From Amoebidium appalachense (lineage: Eukaryota; Protista; Ichthyosporea): a DNA stretch of 64,000 nt. The notes under the pieces were generated by a model, which did not search any database, was not told where the DNA came from, and saw nothing but the letters and a program-made list of their open reading frames with translations. Positions 26,883 to 38,241 of this stretch are shown in pieces (the stretch's first letter is position 1; every line of letters starts with the position of its first letter). The position numbers and the translations under genes are program-made. The stretch spans positions 1,844,989-1,908,988 of the forward strand of contig CAVNZM010000011.1 in assembly GCA_963693365.1 (NCBI GenBank). The letters are read 5' to 3'.

Positions 26883-29210
26883 ATACGAGCTACAACGTTG
26901 TGTTTTTTTCGTGTGACCCTCGTACTCCAGGGGCACATTCACCATCCCCCCCATAAACTTTGTGGTAAAGTTCTCGTGCTAGAAGCTGTTCTGTGGGTAG
27001 TTATTGAAAAAACGAATAATGTCTAGGTAACACATGTACATATGCTATGCTACAAGGGGGGTTCTATTCGAGCTACAATGTTGTGTTTTTTTTGTGTGAC
27101 CCTCGTACTCCAGGGGCACATTCACCATCCCCCCCATAAACTTTGTGGCAAATCTCTCGTGCTAGAGGCTGTTCTGTGGGTAGTTATTGAAAAACCAATA
27201 ATGTCTAGGTAACGTATGTACATATACTATGCTACAAGGGGGGTTCTATACGAGCTACAACGTTGTGTTTTTTTCGTGTGACCCTTGTACTCCAGGGGTA
27301 CATTCACCATCCCCCCCATAAACTTTGTGGTAAATGTCTCGTGCTAGAAGCTGTTCTGTGGGTAGTTATTGAAAAAACCAATAATGTCTAGGTAACACAT
27401 GGACATATACTATGCTACAAGGGGGTTCTATTCGAGCTACAATGTTGTGTTTTTTTCGTGTGACCCTCGTACTCCAGGGGCACATTATCCATCCCCCCAT
27501 AAACTTTGTGGTAAATTTCTCGTGCTAGAAGCTGTTCTGTGGGTAGTTATTGAAAAAAAAATAATGTCTAGGTAACATACTATGTACATATACTATGCTG
27601 TAAGGGGGGTTCTATACGAGCTACAACGTTGTGTTTTTTTCGTGTGACCCTCGTACTCCAGGGGCACATTCACCATCCCCCCCCATAAACTTTTTGGTAA
27701 ATCTCTCGTGCTAGAGGCTGTTCTGTGGGTAGTTATTGAAAAACCAATAATGTCTAGGTAACATATGTACATATACTATGCTACAAGGGGGGTTCTATAC
27801 GAGCTACAACGTTGTGTTTTTTTCGTGTGACCCTCGTACTCCAGGGGCACATTCACCATCCCCCCCATAAACTGTGTGGTAAATGTCTCGTGCTAGAAGC
27901 TGTTCTGTGGGTAGTTATCGAAAAAACCAATAATGTGTAAGTAACACATGTGCATATATTATGCTACAGGGGGGGTTCTATTCGAGCTACAACGTTGTGT
28001 TTTTTTTGTGTGACCCTCGTACTCTAGGGGCACATTCACCATCCCCCCCATAAACTGTGTGGTAAATGTCTCGTGCTAGAAGCTGTTCTGTGGGTAGTTA
28101 TTGAAAAAACCAATAATGTCTAGGTAACACATGTACATATACTATGCTACAAGGGGGGTTCGATACGAGCTACAACGTTGTGGTTTTTTCGTGTGCCCCT
28201 CGTACTCCAGGGGCACATTCACCATCCCCCCCCATAAACGTTTTGGTATATTTCTCGTGCTAGAGGCTGTTCTGTGGGTAGTTATTGAAAAACCCAAAAA
28301 TGTCTAGGTAACACATGGACATATACTATGCTACAAGGGGGGTTCTATACGAGCTACAACGTTGTGTTTTTTTCGTGTGACCCTCGTACTCCAAGGGCAC
28401 ATTCACCATCCCCCCCATAAACTGTGTGGTAAATGTCTCGTACTAGAAGCTGTTCTGTGGGTAGTTATCGAAAAAACCAATAATGTGTAAGTAACACATG
28501 TACATATATTATCAGCTACAAGGGGGGTTCTATTCGAGCTACAACGTTGTGTTTTTTTTGTGTGACCCTCGTACTCCAGGGGCACATTCACCATCCCCCC
28601 CATAAACTGTGTGGTAAATGTCTCGTGCTAGAAGCTGTTCTGTGGGTAGTTATTGAAAAAACCAATAATGTCTAGGTAACACATATACATATATTATGCT
28701 ACAAGGGGGGTTCTATTCGAGCTACAACGTTGTGTTTTTTTCGTGTGACCCTCGTACTCCAGGGGCACATTCACTATCCCCCCCATAAACTTTGTGGTAA
28801 ATTTCTCGTGCGAGAGGCTGTTCTGTGGGTAGTTATTGAAAAAACCAATAATGTGCTACAAGGGGGGTTCTATTCGAGCTACAACGTTGTGTTTTTTTCG
28901 TGTGACCCTCGTACTCCAGGGGCACATTCACCATCCCCCCCATAAACTGTGTGGTAAATGTCTCGTGCTAGAAGCTGTTCTGTGGGTAGTTATTGAAAAA
29001 ACCAATAATGTGTAAGTAACACATGTACATATACTATGCTACAAGGGGGGTTCTATTCGAGCTACAACGTTGTGTTTTTTTCGTGTGGCCCTCGTACTCC
29101 AAGGGCACATTCACCATCTCCCCTTATAATTTGTGGTGAATTTATCGTGCTAGAAGCTACTCTGTGGGTAGTTAGTGAAAAAACCCGATGCTTATAAGTA
29201 ACGCATGCAC
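26883..29210. repeat. ~183-bp tandem satellite, about 13 copies (array begins near 24200 and is interrupted by the SINE/LINE)
   Basis: cgagctacaa anchor at 26886, 27069, 27251, 27433, 27617, 27800, 27983, 28166, 28350, 28535, 28718, 28875 (after a shortened unit) and 29058. Confidence 0.97.
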
Positions 29211-29474
29211 AAATTGTCATCATAGCATTACACTACCATAGTAGTTGGTCGACAATAACGATATATTGGGAATGTGGACACCATATTGTAAACCAAAAAA
29301 TAATAACACCATAATATACTACACATACCTAACAATGTATTGTGAATGAATAAAATACTTGCTTACGTGCTGGTAACATACGAGAAACAAGGATTCTCTC
29401 GCTCTTTTTTTCTTTCTTTTTTGTTTGTTTTTGTGTTTGTGTGTGTGTGTGCGTGTGTGTGTGTGTGTGTTTAA

Positions 29475-29513
<39 letters not shown>

Positions 29514-29844
29514 CGTTTTGCAGATATATCGACTAGAGTCCCTCATCAGGGGACACATTCACAGTACTTTATTAAGATCGGCCTTCAAGGCCAAAAAAGC
29601 TCGATCTCGAGTAAGATTAGATAGCATTTTATGAGGCCGGCCAGGCCTTAAATACAAAAAGGAGAAAAAACAACACACAGCTAAACATAGATCTAATATT
29701 AGCTAAATCAATCGACACACTGGTACATTGCCTGGAGTAAACAGCATCTATCCCACTGGTACATGTACTGTCATCATCCAACCAACACCCGTGTAGTACC
29801 TTTGTCAAGCGTTCCTACGATACTACATAAGAGAAGAGAGGGTT

Positions 29845-30097
29845 ATATGTGTACGTGTGTACGTGTGTACGTGTGTGTGTATGTGTGTATGTGTGAGGGA
29901 GGGAGGGAGGGAGGGTTGGGAGGGAGGGAGGGAGGGAGGGGGGAGGGAGGGGGGAGGGAGGGAGAGAAAGAGAGAAAGAGAGAGAGTGTGCATGTCTGTA
30001 TGTGTGTGTGTGTGTGTGTGTGTGTTTGCGTGTGTGTGTGAGTGCCTATGTGAGTGTGCATGTGCATGTGCATGTGCATGTGCATGTGCATGTGTGT

Positions 30098-30140
<43 letters not shown>

Positions 30141-30612
30141 GGGAGGGAGGGAGGGAGGGAGGGAGGGAGGGAGGGAGGGAGGGAGGGAGGGAGGGACGGA
30201 GGGAGGGAGGGAGGGATGGTTGGGAGGGAGGGAGGGAGGGGGGAGGGAGGGAGGGAGGGAGGGAGAGAAAGAGAGAGAGACTGTGTGTGTGTGTGCATAT
30301 CTGTATGTGTGTGTGTATGTGCGTGTTTGCGTGTGTGCGTGTGTGCATGTGTGAGTGTACATGTGCATGTGTGTGTGTCTGTGTGTGCATATGTGCATGT
30401 GTGTGTGTGTGTGTGTGTATGCGTGTCTGTGTCTGATGTGTGGATGTCTGTGTATGTTGTGTGTGTGTGTATGTCTGTGTGTGTGTATGTGCTCAGTTGA
30501 AAGGGAAGGGGGGGGAGAGGGGGGATGCACCGTGTGTGTGCATGTGTGCACGTGTGTGTGTGTGTGCTCTGTGGAGAGGGGAAGGGGAGGGGGGAAATGC
30601 ACCGTGTGTGTG

Positions 30613-30674
<62 letters not shown>

Positions 30675-30815
30675 GTGTGTTTGTCTGTGTGTGCATGTCT
30701 GTGTGCGTCGTGTGTGGTGTGTGTGTGTATGTGCATGTCTGTGCATGTGTGCATGTGCTCGGTGGAGAGGGAAGGGCAAGGGGGGGATTCGTGTCCGTGC
30801 ATGTGTGCATGTGTG

Positions 30816-30864
<49 letters not shown>

Positions 30865-31095
30865 ATGTATGTGTGTGTGTATGTGCTCAGTTGAGAGGGA
30901 AGGGGGGGGGGGGGGGATGCACCGTGTGTGTGCATGTGTGCACGTGTGTGTGTGTGTGTGCTCTGTGGAGAGGGAAGGGGAGGGGGAGGAAATGCACCGT
31001 GTGTGTGCATATGTGTGTGTGTCTCTCTGTATGTGTGTGTGTGTGTGTTGTGTGTTTGTGTGTGTGAGCATGTCTGTGTACGTCGTGTGTGTGTG

Positions 31096-31162
<67 letters not shown>

Positions 31163-31345
31163 GGTGTGTGTGTGTGTCCCGGTGTGCATGTGCGTGCGTG
31201 TGTGTGAGTGCATGTTTTTGGAGTGCATGTTTTTGCATTGTGTGCGAGCATGTGGATGCCTTGGTGAGAACAAGATTGGACGGTGTCGAATGCTGTGTGT
31301 GTTAAGTGTGTGTGTGTGTGTGTGTGTGTGTATCTGTGTGCGTGT
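29845..31345. repeat. Compound (GT)n/(GGGA)n/GTGCAT microsatellite block with an internal ~394-bp duplication
   Basis: atgtgctcagttga..gatgcaccgtg..gctctgtggagaggg..aaatgcaccg at about 30487 and 30881. Confidence 0.8.
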
Positions 31346-31744
31346 GTGTTTTTTTGGGGGGAGAGGGGTAGTAGGAGGACAAGAGGGGGGGGGGGGGGGG
31401 GGGGGGTAAAGAGTACGAGAGAAAGGGGTAGAATTTCAGACATGTGGAGGCTTGAGCAAAAGCAGGTTAAGTCCATAATGGGTAAAACCGGCGCTGGAAC
31501 GAGAGGGAAGGGGGGGGGGGGGGGAGGGGGGGGGGGGGGGGGGGGGGGGGTGATGATGTGTGCATTCGAGGGTGGCAGCCAAAGAAGCAAAGCATCGCAA
31601 AGGACATTGGAATAGAGGGACACAGGACCAAAACAGGATCAATGGGAGAAGAGGGAAAAAAATTAATAGTTATCGGGGAGGGATAAGAAGAAATACTGCA
31701 AGTAATCGAGGCGAACAGGTATGGGGGGAACCGGGCAGGAAGAA

Positions 31745-31777
<33 letters not shown>

Positions 31778-32095
31778 GGTGAAGGACGAGAGGGTGGGTC
31801 ACAAGACAGAGATTATTCAGTACAGACTAAGGCTTCAGTCGGGAAGGGAGGGGGGGGGGGGGAGGGGGGGGGGGAGGGGGAGAGGAGGGGGGTGGGGGGG
31901 TCATAAAAGGACAAGGAAAGGAGGTGATTTCAGCAACCAGTCGAGGCTTGAACAAGAGTAGGTGAAGTTTGTAACGGTTAGCAAAACTGGTGCTAGAACG
32001 AGAGAGGAAACACACAGTGAAACGCAAAAGAGGGTAGAGAGTTGAGAGGAAGAAGGGGAAGTTTGTGTGTGTGCGTGTATGCATGGGTGGGTGGG

Positions 32096-32194
<99 letters not shown>

Positions 32195-32463
32195 TGGTTA
32201 CACTGGCAGCGTCCGTGGTGATGGGTTTGGGGGGGAAGGGGGTGAGGGGAGTGAGGGATGTTTCGAAGAAAGAAAAGTATTGCAAGTAACAAGGGGGCAT
32301 AGGACTAAAACAAAATGGAGGGGGGAGGAGGGGGGGGATGCTGTAAACTTTGATGCGTCTCGGGGACGTGTGTAGGGACTGCGAGTTCTCTTAGATTTGC
32401 ATTTCAGAATTTTTACTCTATTCCTCCAGGTTTTTTTTATATTTTTTTTAGGGTTGGGTTGGG

Positions 32464-32542
<79 letters not shown>

Positions 32543-32779
32543 GTCATTACTTTCCTGTATTATCCTTTATGCTACTTCAAGTTTTATACCCTACCGCTTA
32601 CACAGGATGTAGGCTGGTGAAAGGTTTAATGGTAGGACGTTCGGTGACGTTTGTACCACGGACCACGGGAACATCTTCCCCAGGAACAGTATTCAAAACA
32701 AAGAACTTTTATATTTTGAGGTGCTAAAAACGTGAGGACCACTTGTTATGGCCGTTGCCCTTCTCAATCTTGGTACGGA

Positions 32780-33720
32780 AATGCACCCATATTATACTGC
32801 AAATGTATTGTATATGACGTGTGTATATCGTACAGGTACTGGTAGTATATTGATAGTACCTCCTACGTAATGATTTGTTCGCATTCGAACATACTGGCAG
32901 TATATACTGAGACTATAACCAATATATGGTGTCCTTAGCTGTGTCCGTATTGGTGACAGTATTATAGATGTATTCGTGACATTGCCAATACCACTTGTGC
33001 CTTAGATATTCGCAATAGGATAAAAGTTTTCTTGCTATATCATGTTTATGTCCTACTAATATGGATGTGATATGGGTAGGATATGATCTACATAATGTCA
33101 GTATATGTCCACCCTAATACCACGGTATTAGCAATGTACTGCGCATACAAGGACTACACTCCGAACATGTTTGTTGAACATGTGTTGGCAATACATTCAC
33201 AATATTGCAACTACATAGGTAAAGTGACCTGTTCTTTCATCCCCAATATTGTACCAATATATTGGCAATAAAATACACGCCCCATATTTTCGGTTGCTTT
33301 TACCTATTGATAATAGGTGCATAATAGTCTTGATATTGTGACGGATACATTGGCAATACATTTGGACCGTATTGAGACCCTATTATAAGCATATCACAAC
33401 TCTATAACCAATAGCGACGTTATGTTTGTATCGGCCATATGGGACATATGTGTTGGGTATATTGCCAATAACCCAAAATGGTCAGGAATAATACATTCAT
33501 AATATATTGGCAATAGTCTTGCCACGTTGGACAATACCATAATTTGACACAAAATTATCCTACATTTTATATATTCATAACTTATTGACAATACTCCGCA
33601 AGCAATAGTATAATACCGAATAAATACATTGACAATATCGAAATTGTATTGTTAATAGGCACACACACGTACACGCGTTTTGAGATATTGCCAGTACATT
33701 ACTCATACGGTATATAGTTA
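32780..33720. repeat. Internal AT-rich field of the same TTGCCAAT/ATTGGCAA motif
   Basis: Repeated ttggcaata, attgccaata, ttgacaata just downstream of the transposase. Confidence 0.7.
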
Positions 33721-34351
33721 TTGATCCGACCTGAATCGATAAACGCTCCAACCAGAGTACTGTATGACGTCATCATATAAAAACGCCTGGCGCAGGGTCA
33801 GTTTTGCACGTGTTACTCTCTTTTTCTCACCATTTTACCCTAACGTGACAGGGAACAAGCACATCACAAAAAAACCGTAGAAAAATTCTTGGCGGGGTAG
33901 TGGCTTAGTAAGTAATGGTAGGCATTCAACGATTTTGAGCATCAATTTACGGAGAACTTTGTAGTGTTTGCGCACCCCATGACTACAATAATTTCTCGGA
34001 AAGCTTGTTGGTATGGCTTATTTTGCACTTTACGGGTTCTGGCACCGGGAGGCCATAGGCCTGAGCCAAGAAAAACGTCAAACTTGTTACAAATGCGTGC
34101 CAAAGATGCATACTTTAAACGTTCACGTTGTTGCTTTTGCACCACAGGTGCATTTTTCGTTTGAGAAACATTGACATCAGCTTTCAAATTCGTTTTTTTC
34201 GGTACACACACTTCAAATAACCCTTTTAGCATCTAGTTACCACAAACAGTTTCGAAGAAACGAATAAAAACCAAACAAATCACACCTAATCCGAAAACGA
34301 CAAATGAGTGTTGCGCAATGTACAGAAACAGACCAGTGGGCAGAAGGTACT

Positions 34352-36385
34352 TTAACGTGTAGTGTTTCTGCGTGATCGTACCGGGCCTGTGTTTGTGTTG
34401 ACTTGGGTGCGTGTGCGTGGAGGAACACCATATGTGATGTGGTTTTCGAAGCATGCACGTGTTTGATCATTGCAGAGAAACACATTACACTTGATGCAGT
34501 AGGTATGTGTCTGGTGGCGTTCCCCTTTGTTCCTAAAGCAGAGAACGCATCTACCTTTTCTTTCTTTTCTGGCACGCTGGTGTCCGTGTAGAGCATGGGG
34601 GGCAGGAGCAGCAGGGGGAAGGGGGTATTCTAGTGCAGGCAGGTGGGGGTTGCATATGAGTGCTTCTGCTAGCTCACGCCTTGTGTCCATGCTCGTGTTT
34701 GTGGATTTGCCAAAGTATCTGTATGCAAAGTGTACGTTTGCTACTACAAACCCCAGAAGCCCCCCAAAGGTGCGGAGTTGGTGACGTTTAGTGCCCAAGG
34801 CTTCGTCCACAGAGCCGTTTAACATTCGTGTTTTGTTGAATATATCGGCCATGTTGTAGTTTTCGAAGTATTCTTCGACTGCTTTCGGTTGGGGGACGTC
34901 ATTTCCGTTTCGTGATTTTCTCGGTTGACCCGGCTGAGTACTTGAACATGAGGTGATCACTTTCATACTGTAGTTCTTGTTTCTCCATAACACCGCAACG
35001 AGGTCTACTCCGTCCACACTGCACACTGCCTCCGACCATACACCACGTCCTTCCTCACATAGAAGGTCCAACATGTTGAGGGGAAAGTCTCTGGTTGCGG
35101 TTTTGACATTGAAAAGTGCGTAGAATCCGATTTTGTACACTTCCCTTGTCCCGGTTACTGACCCAAACCAGCTGTCTCCGACGATCGTTCTGGGGTTACG
35201 GTGGGTGGGGTTGGCCCATGGGGTTAGAAGACGCAAGGTGGTGCCTGTTCCAGCTCCCAACTGTCGGTACGGTTTGCTAGCCATCCTAAGCTTCCCCTCG
35301 TTCATTTCGAAGTTAATGAGTATGTTGGTTACACAGTCGTGTAGAGTTTTTATTTCTTGACCGAGAGGGTGGGGTTTTCGTTTTATGTAGATTTGGCACG
35401 GAAGGTTGCAATGATAGCTGGCAAAGATGGCCTCGTCTTCGCATAATTCATCCCCGGGCTCGATAGAGCAACGGCACCGACTCTGCAGTGCTTCCATGAA
35501 ACCGCGTGTGTCTTTCAGTGGATCATCCTCCGGATATTGAGTGATGTCGGTGACGGTAAAGCAGGCACGGATGTTTTCGAACCGGTGTTCGGTCATGAAG
35601 CGGGAAAAGTCCTGTACGGGAAATATGCGGCTTGGGTTCTCTGCTGCCGACGTCCAGTAGTTCGATCTCGAGCCGGGTTCAAATGTTCCAGCCATGTAAA
35701 TCCACATACCCAACCACCTAAGTAGCTCACCCGGGGTTAAGTCAACCCAATTTTTGTAACGTGCACGACCTACTTCGTTTGTGAGTGGAATGACTGCTGT
35801 GAAGAGATACTCCATAGGCATGAAGTGTTCAAACAAACACAGAACACTCTTGCGCTTGTTTAGTGCTAGTGGAATGGTTGGTTTTCTGCGTGGGCCTGTT
35901 CTTTTGTCAAGTACTTGCTCATCTGGAATGGTCCATTGCAAGGTGCACGTGGGGTCGGTGGGGGTAGGTAACTCTACTTGTTCATCTACAAGTTCTATCT
36001 CATCTTCATTCTCACTGTCTGTGACAGGAATCTCTACTTGTTGGATGTCTCCATCTGGATCGTCGTCACTATCACTCTCTAGCTCGCTACTTGTGTGTTC
36101 ACTGTCTTCTTCATCTATTAAAGATAGCTGATGGCGCAGAACTACTTCTGTGGTACCGTCAAAATCAAACTTTACTTTCCATTCACTGCCTTCGTTTGTC
36201 TTGCATCGTTTCACTACTGTGCCAACCAGTATTTGTGTGTCCCAACTCAGGCCGAACTTCTTGTAAGACCAACGTGTGGTGTCATCTGTGAAATCTTCCC
36301 CCTGAACCCCGTCAAATATGTATGCAAAACAACAGACACGAGCTCCAGAATAAAGTGGCTCTATTGGGTCTAATGTTTCGGCCAT
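34352..36385 (-). CDS. piggyBac-family (DDE_Tnp_1_7-like) transposase, 677 aa, intact and intronless
   Basis: Acidic N-terminus; ELLRWLGMWIYM, MTEHRFENIRACF, CEDEAI (D1), KRKPHPLG, VGDSWFGSV (D2), NYNMADIFN (D3); C-terminal Cys-rich domain CVLC...CIKCNVFLC...CFENH. Confidence 0.92.
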   Translation of the reverse strand: MAETLDPIEPLYSGARVCCFAYIFDGVQGEDFTDDTTRWSYKKFGLSWDTQILVGTVVKRCKTNEGSEWKVKFDFDGTTEVVLRHQLSLIDEEDSEHTSSELESDSDDDPDGDIQQVEIPVTDSENEDEIELVDEQVELPTPTDPTCTLQWTIPDEQVLDKRTGPRRKPTIPLALNKRKSVLCLFEHFMPMEYLFTAVIPLTNEVGRARYKNWVDLTPGELLRWLGMWIYMAGTFEPGSRSNYWTSAAENPSRIFPVQDFSRFMTEHRFENIRACFTVTDITQYPEDDPLKDTRGFMEALQSRCRCSIEPGDELCEDEAIFASYHCNLPCQIYIKRKPHPLGQEIKTLHDCVTNILINFEMNEGKLRMASKPYRQLGAGTGTTLRLLTPWANPTHRNPRTIVGDSWFGSVTGTREVYKIGFYALFNVKTATRDFPLNMLDLLCEEGRGVWSEAVCSVDGVDLVAVLWRNKNYSMKVITSCSSTQPGQPRKSRNGNDVPQPKAVEEYFENYNMADIFNKTRMLNGSVDEALGTKRHQLRTFGGLLGFVVANVHFAYRYFGKSTNTSMDTRRELAEALICNPHLPALEYPLPPAAPAPHALHGHQRARKERKGRCVLCFRNKGERHQTHTYCIKCNVFLCNDQTRACFENHITYGVPPRTRTQVNTNTGPVRSRRNTTR

Positions 36386-36937
36386 GTTGGGCGCTCATCT
36401 TTCACATGAAACCCATGGCTTGTTGTGTTCGCGGACTCAGCAAGTTTCGTCCGTTTGATCATGAATCATGTTGTTGTCGAGCATGAATTCAAAAACTTGC
36501 AACAGCGTCGGCAACCAATAAAAGCTAGGGAAGGCCTTGTTAGTTACCGTACCAAAGACAAAAAAGGTGTAAACTTATGTTTTCTTACTGGCTGTACAAA
36601 AAAAAGCGGGCTCCTGGGCCCCAATAGCTCGCGGTATCCTTCCGAAACAAGCATTCCTAAAGTACTGCGGTCAGAGTACTTATGGCCGCTAAGTTCTCCG
36701 ATCAGAGTACATTTCGGATGCATCAATGAGTTATTGGTGGTAGACCCGGCATGGTATGACAATAATATCAAAATATGTTGCCGATATTACGTCAATATTA
36801 CAGTTCTATTACACTTCTATAGCGTCTCTACCACAGAAAATCTCTACTCGCAATACATTGGCAATGGATAATTGATATTACTTCAGTATTAATCTGGTAT
36901 TTTTACGATATTGGCAATAGATAATAGCCTCACAATA

Positions 36938-36967
36938 TTGGCAATACCGCCGGGAAGTTTGCTGATG
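36938..36967 (-). repeat. Right terminal inverted repeat
   Basis: ttggcaataccgccgggaagtttgctgatg, followed by GA. Confidence 0.9.
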
Positions 36968-37135
36968 GAGTTCTTCAAGGAAAATGAGGTCGGCGTTTCT
37001 AGCTTCCCCCCCATGCAGGCCACTAGGGCCGGCATTATTGTCACCAAGGTGGTTAGACATGTTAAAACCCAAACAACTAAAAACATAGTTCTTGCTTGAT
37101 ACGAGCACACTTGCAGCGCAAGAACTAGCGCTGCA

Positions 37136-37151
37136 GGGGGTGTAGCTCAGC
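37136..37151 (-). other. Primer-binding-site position of the chromovirus (non-canonical)
   Basis: Directly after the 5' LTR on the minus strand: GCTGAGCTACACCCCC, with no TGG start. Followed by an 8-bp hairpin TGCAGCGC/GCGCTGCA (37112-37135). Confidence 0.65.
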
Positions 37152-37761
37152 TGTTGTATAATATGATCGTGTGTCTGTGACAAACAATATGTTTATATAT
37201 GAACGGGGTTGACTAGACCACGCTTTGCTTAGTTACGTGCTAGTCCTACTTACACCTAGTAAGCCGAGCACACTGAGTGAGCTCTGAAGCCCCCGACATG
37301 CCCTTATATCGGAGCTCGCACAGCGGCTCAGACATGCGCATCGGTATGTGCTTTTTGGCTACGAGAGCCAATCACATACGGTTCACGGTTCTGTCCCATG
37401 GCTATCACGGTTCCAATAAACCTAGTGAGCCAATCGGGTGACAGTACTTGATTATCGATGCATTCCACAGTCATACCTCACGGCTACTTGCATATTTTCC
37501 CATGATAAAACTATAACTTAACGCTCATGGTTCCTCTACTACGTGTCGGTCCCATGTGGCTATTATATCTGTTTTCCCATGAATAATCCTGCAAGTTGCA
37601 CGTGCACATATGTTTAACTCCATGCTCATGCGCACAAGACTGGGGGAGACATGCATACTGGCCTACCTAAGATCAAACACAGTGGTATATATACATGTAC
37701 ACGTGTGCGTATATCTCCACCTGTGTACATCCATACTAGATATCCGGTATAATATACCACA
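37152..37761 (-). repeat. 5' LTR of the chromovirus
   Basis: Direct repeat of 14186-14794; minus-strand TATAAG at 37308-37303 and Inr-like TCAGT at about 37276-37272. Confidence 0.95.
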
Positions 37762-38241
37762 GGGGGGAAAGAAAGCATAAAGAGGGTGACCATCAGGTAT
37801 CCTAACTAAATGAAAACAAAAACGAAGAGACAATTCCTCCATACGACAAACAGCAGACGACAATCCAAACATACTGTTTAAGGGAGGCACAAACCAAGTA
37901 CGAAACAAAGTGCGCAGCGCAGTACCCTGAAAATCGTCGAACTCTTTCAGCGCCACGGCCGCCTCGCGAGGTGGGGCGCAGGCCAATAGCGGAAGTCCAT
38001 CTTCGAAAGTCGATCGGCCGTAAAAAAGTTTTATAGTAGAGAAGCTTGAAGGTTCGCAGGATGGATCACAGACTCCCGTTGAAACATATTTGACACGATG
38101 TTGTCGTATCCTAACGTGCGTGTATTAAGAGGTACACACACGGAAAGGAACGAACGTGTACTGAAAAACGGTAAAGTTTATTATGACCAGGCTCCGACGG
38201 GCAAACTTAGATCCGAACGGAATCAAGCTAAGTCACAACTG
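37762..38241 (-). mobile_element. Decayed LINE (family B), middle part, between the LTR and Ngaro insertions
   Basis: Matches 45040-45273; GLPLLACAPPREAAVALKEFDDF..MFGL..GHPLY aligns with GLPLLAAWIKKERTRALKPLANF..IYGL..SHPLF of LINE family A. Probably resumes at 43936. Confidence 0.75.

Larger units (their letters stand above)
21131..36967 (-). mobile_element. 15.8-kb TIR DNA element with CACTA/EnSpm-like ends, encoding a piggyBac-type transposase
   Basis: TIRs CATCAGCAAACTTCCCGG(AA/CG)GTATTGCCAA (28/30 match) at 21131-21160 and 36938-36967; GA on both flanks; TTGCCAAT/ATTGGCAA motif fields; removing it rejoins the LTR element's leader ORF. Confidence 0.85.
14186..37761 (-). mobile_element. 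Ty3/gypsy chromovirus LTR retrotransposon (~7.7 kb once the nested 15.8-kb element is removed)
   Basis: Near-identical ~609-bp LTRs with TG...CA ends, GGGGG TSD (14181-14185 / 37762-37766), gag-PR-RT-RH-IN-chromodomain order. The uninterrupted target site is visible in the paralogous LINE copy near 45030-45050. Confidence 0.95.

Noticed and set aside
26883-29210. CRISPR-like array
   Set aside because: Whole 183-bp units repeat with no unique spacers and no cas genes; it is a satellite.
29823-31623. Long His/Thr, Val/Cys, poly-Pro and poly-Gly ORFs here and throughout the window
   Set aside because: Translations of (CA)n/(GT)n and G/C homopolymers, which lack stop codons.
14186-37761. Giant 23.6-kb LTR element that natively encodes a transposase
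   Set aside because: TIRs, the GA duplication and rejoining of the leader show the middle 15.8 kb is a nested insertion.
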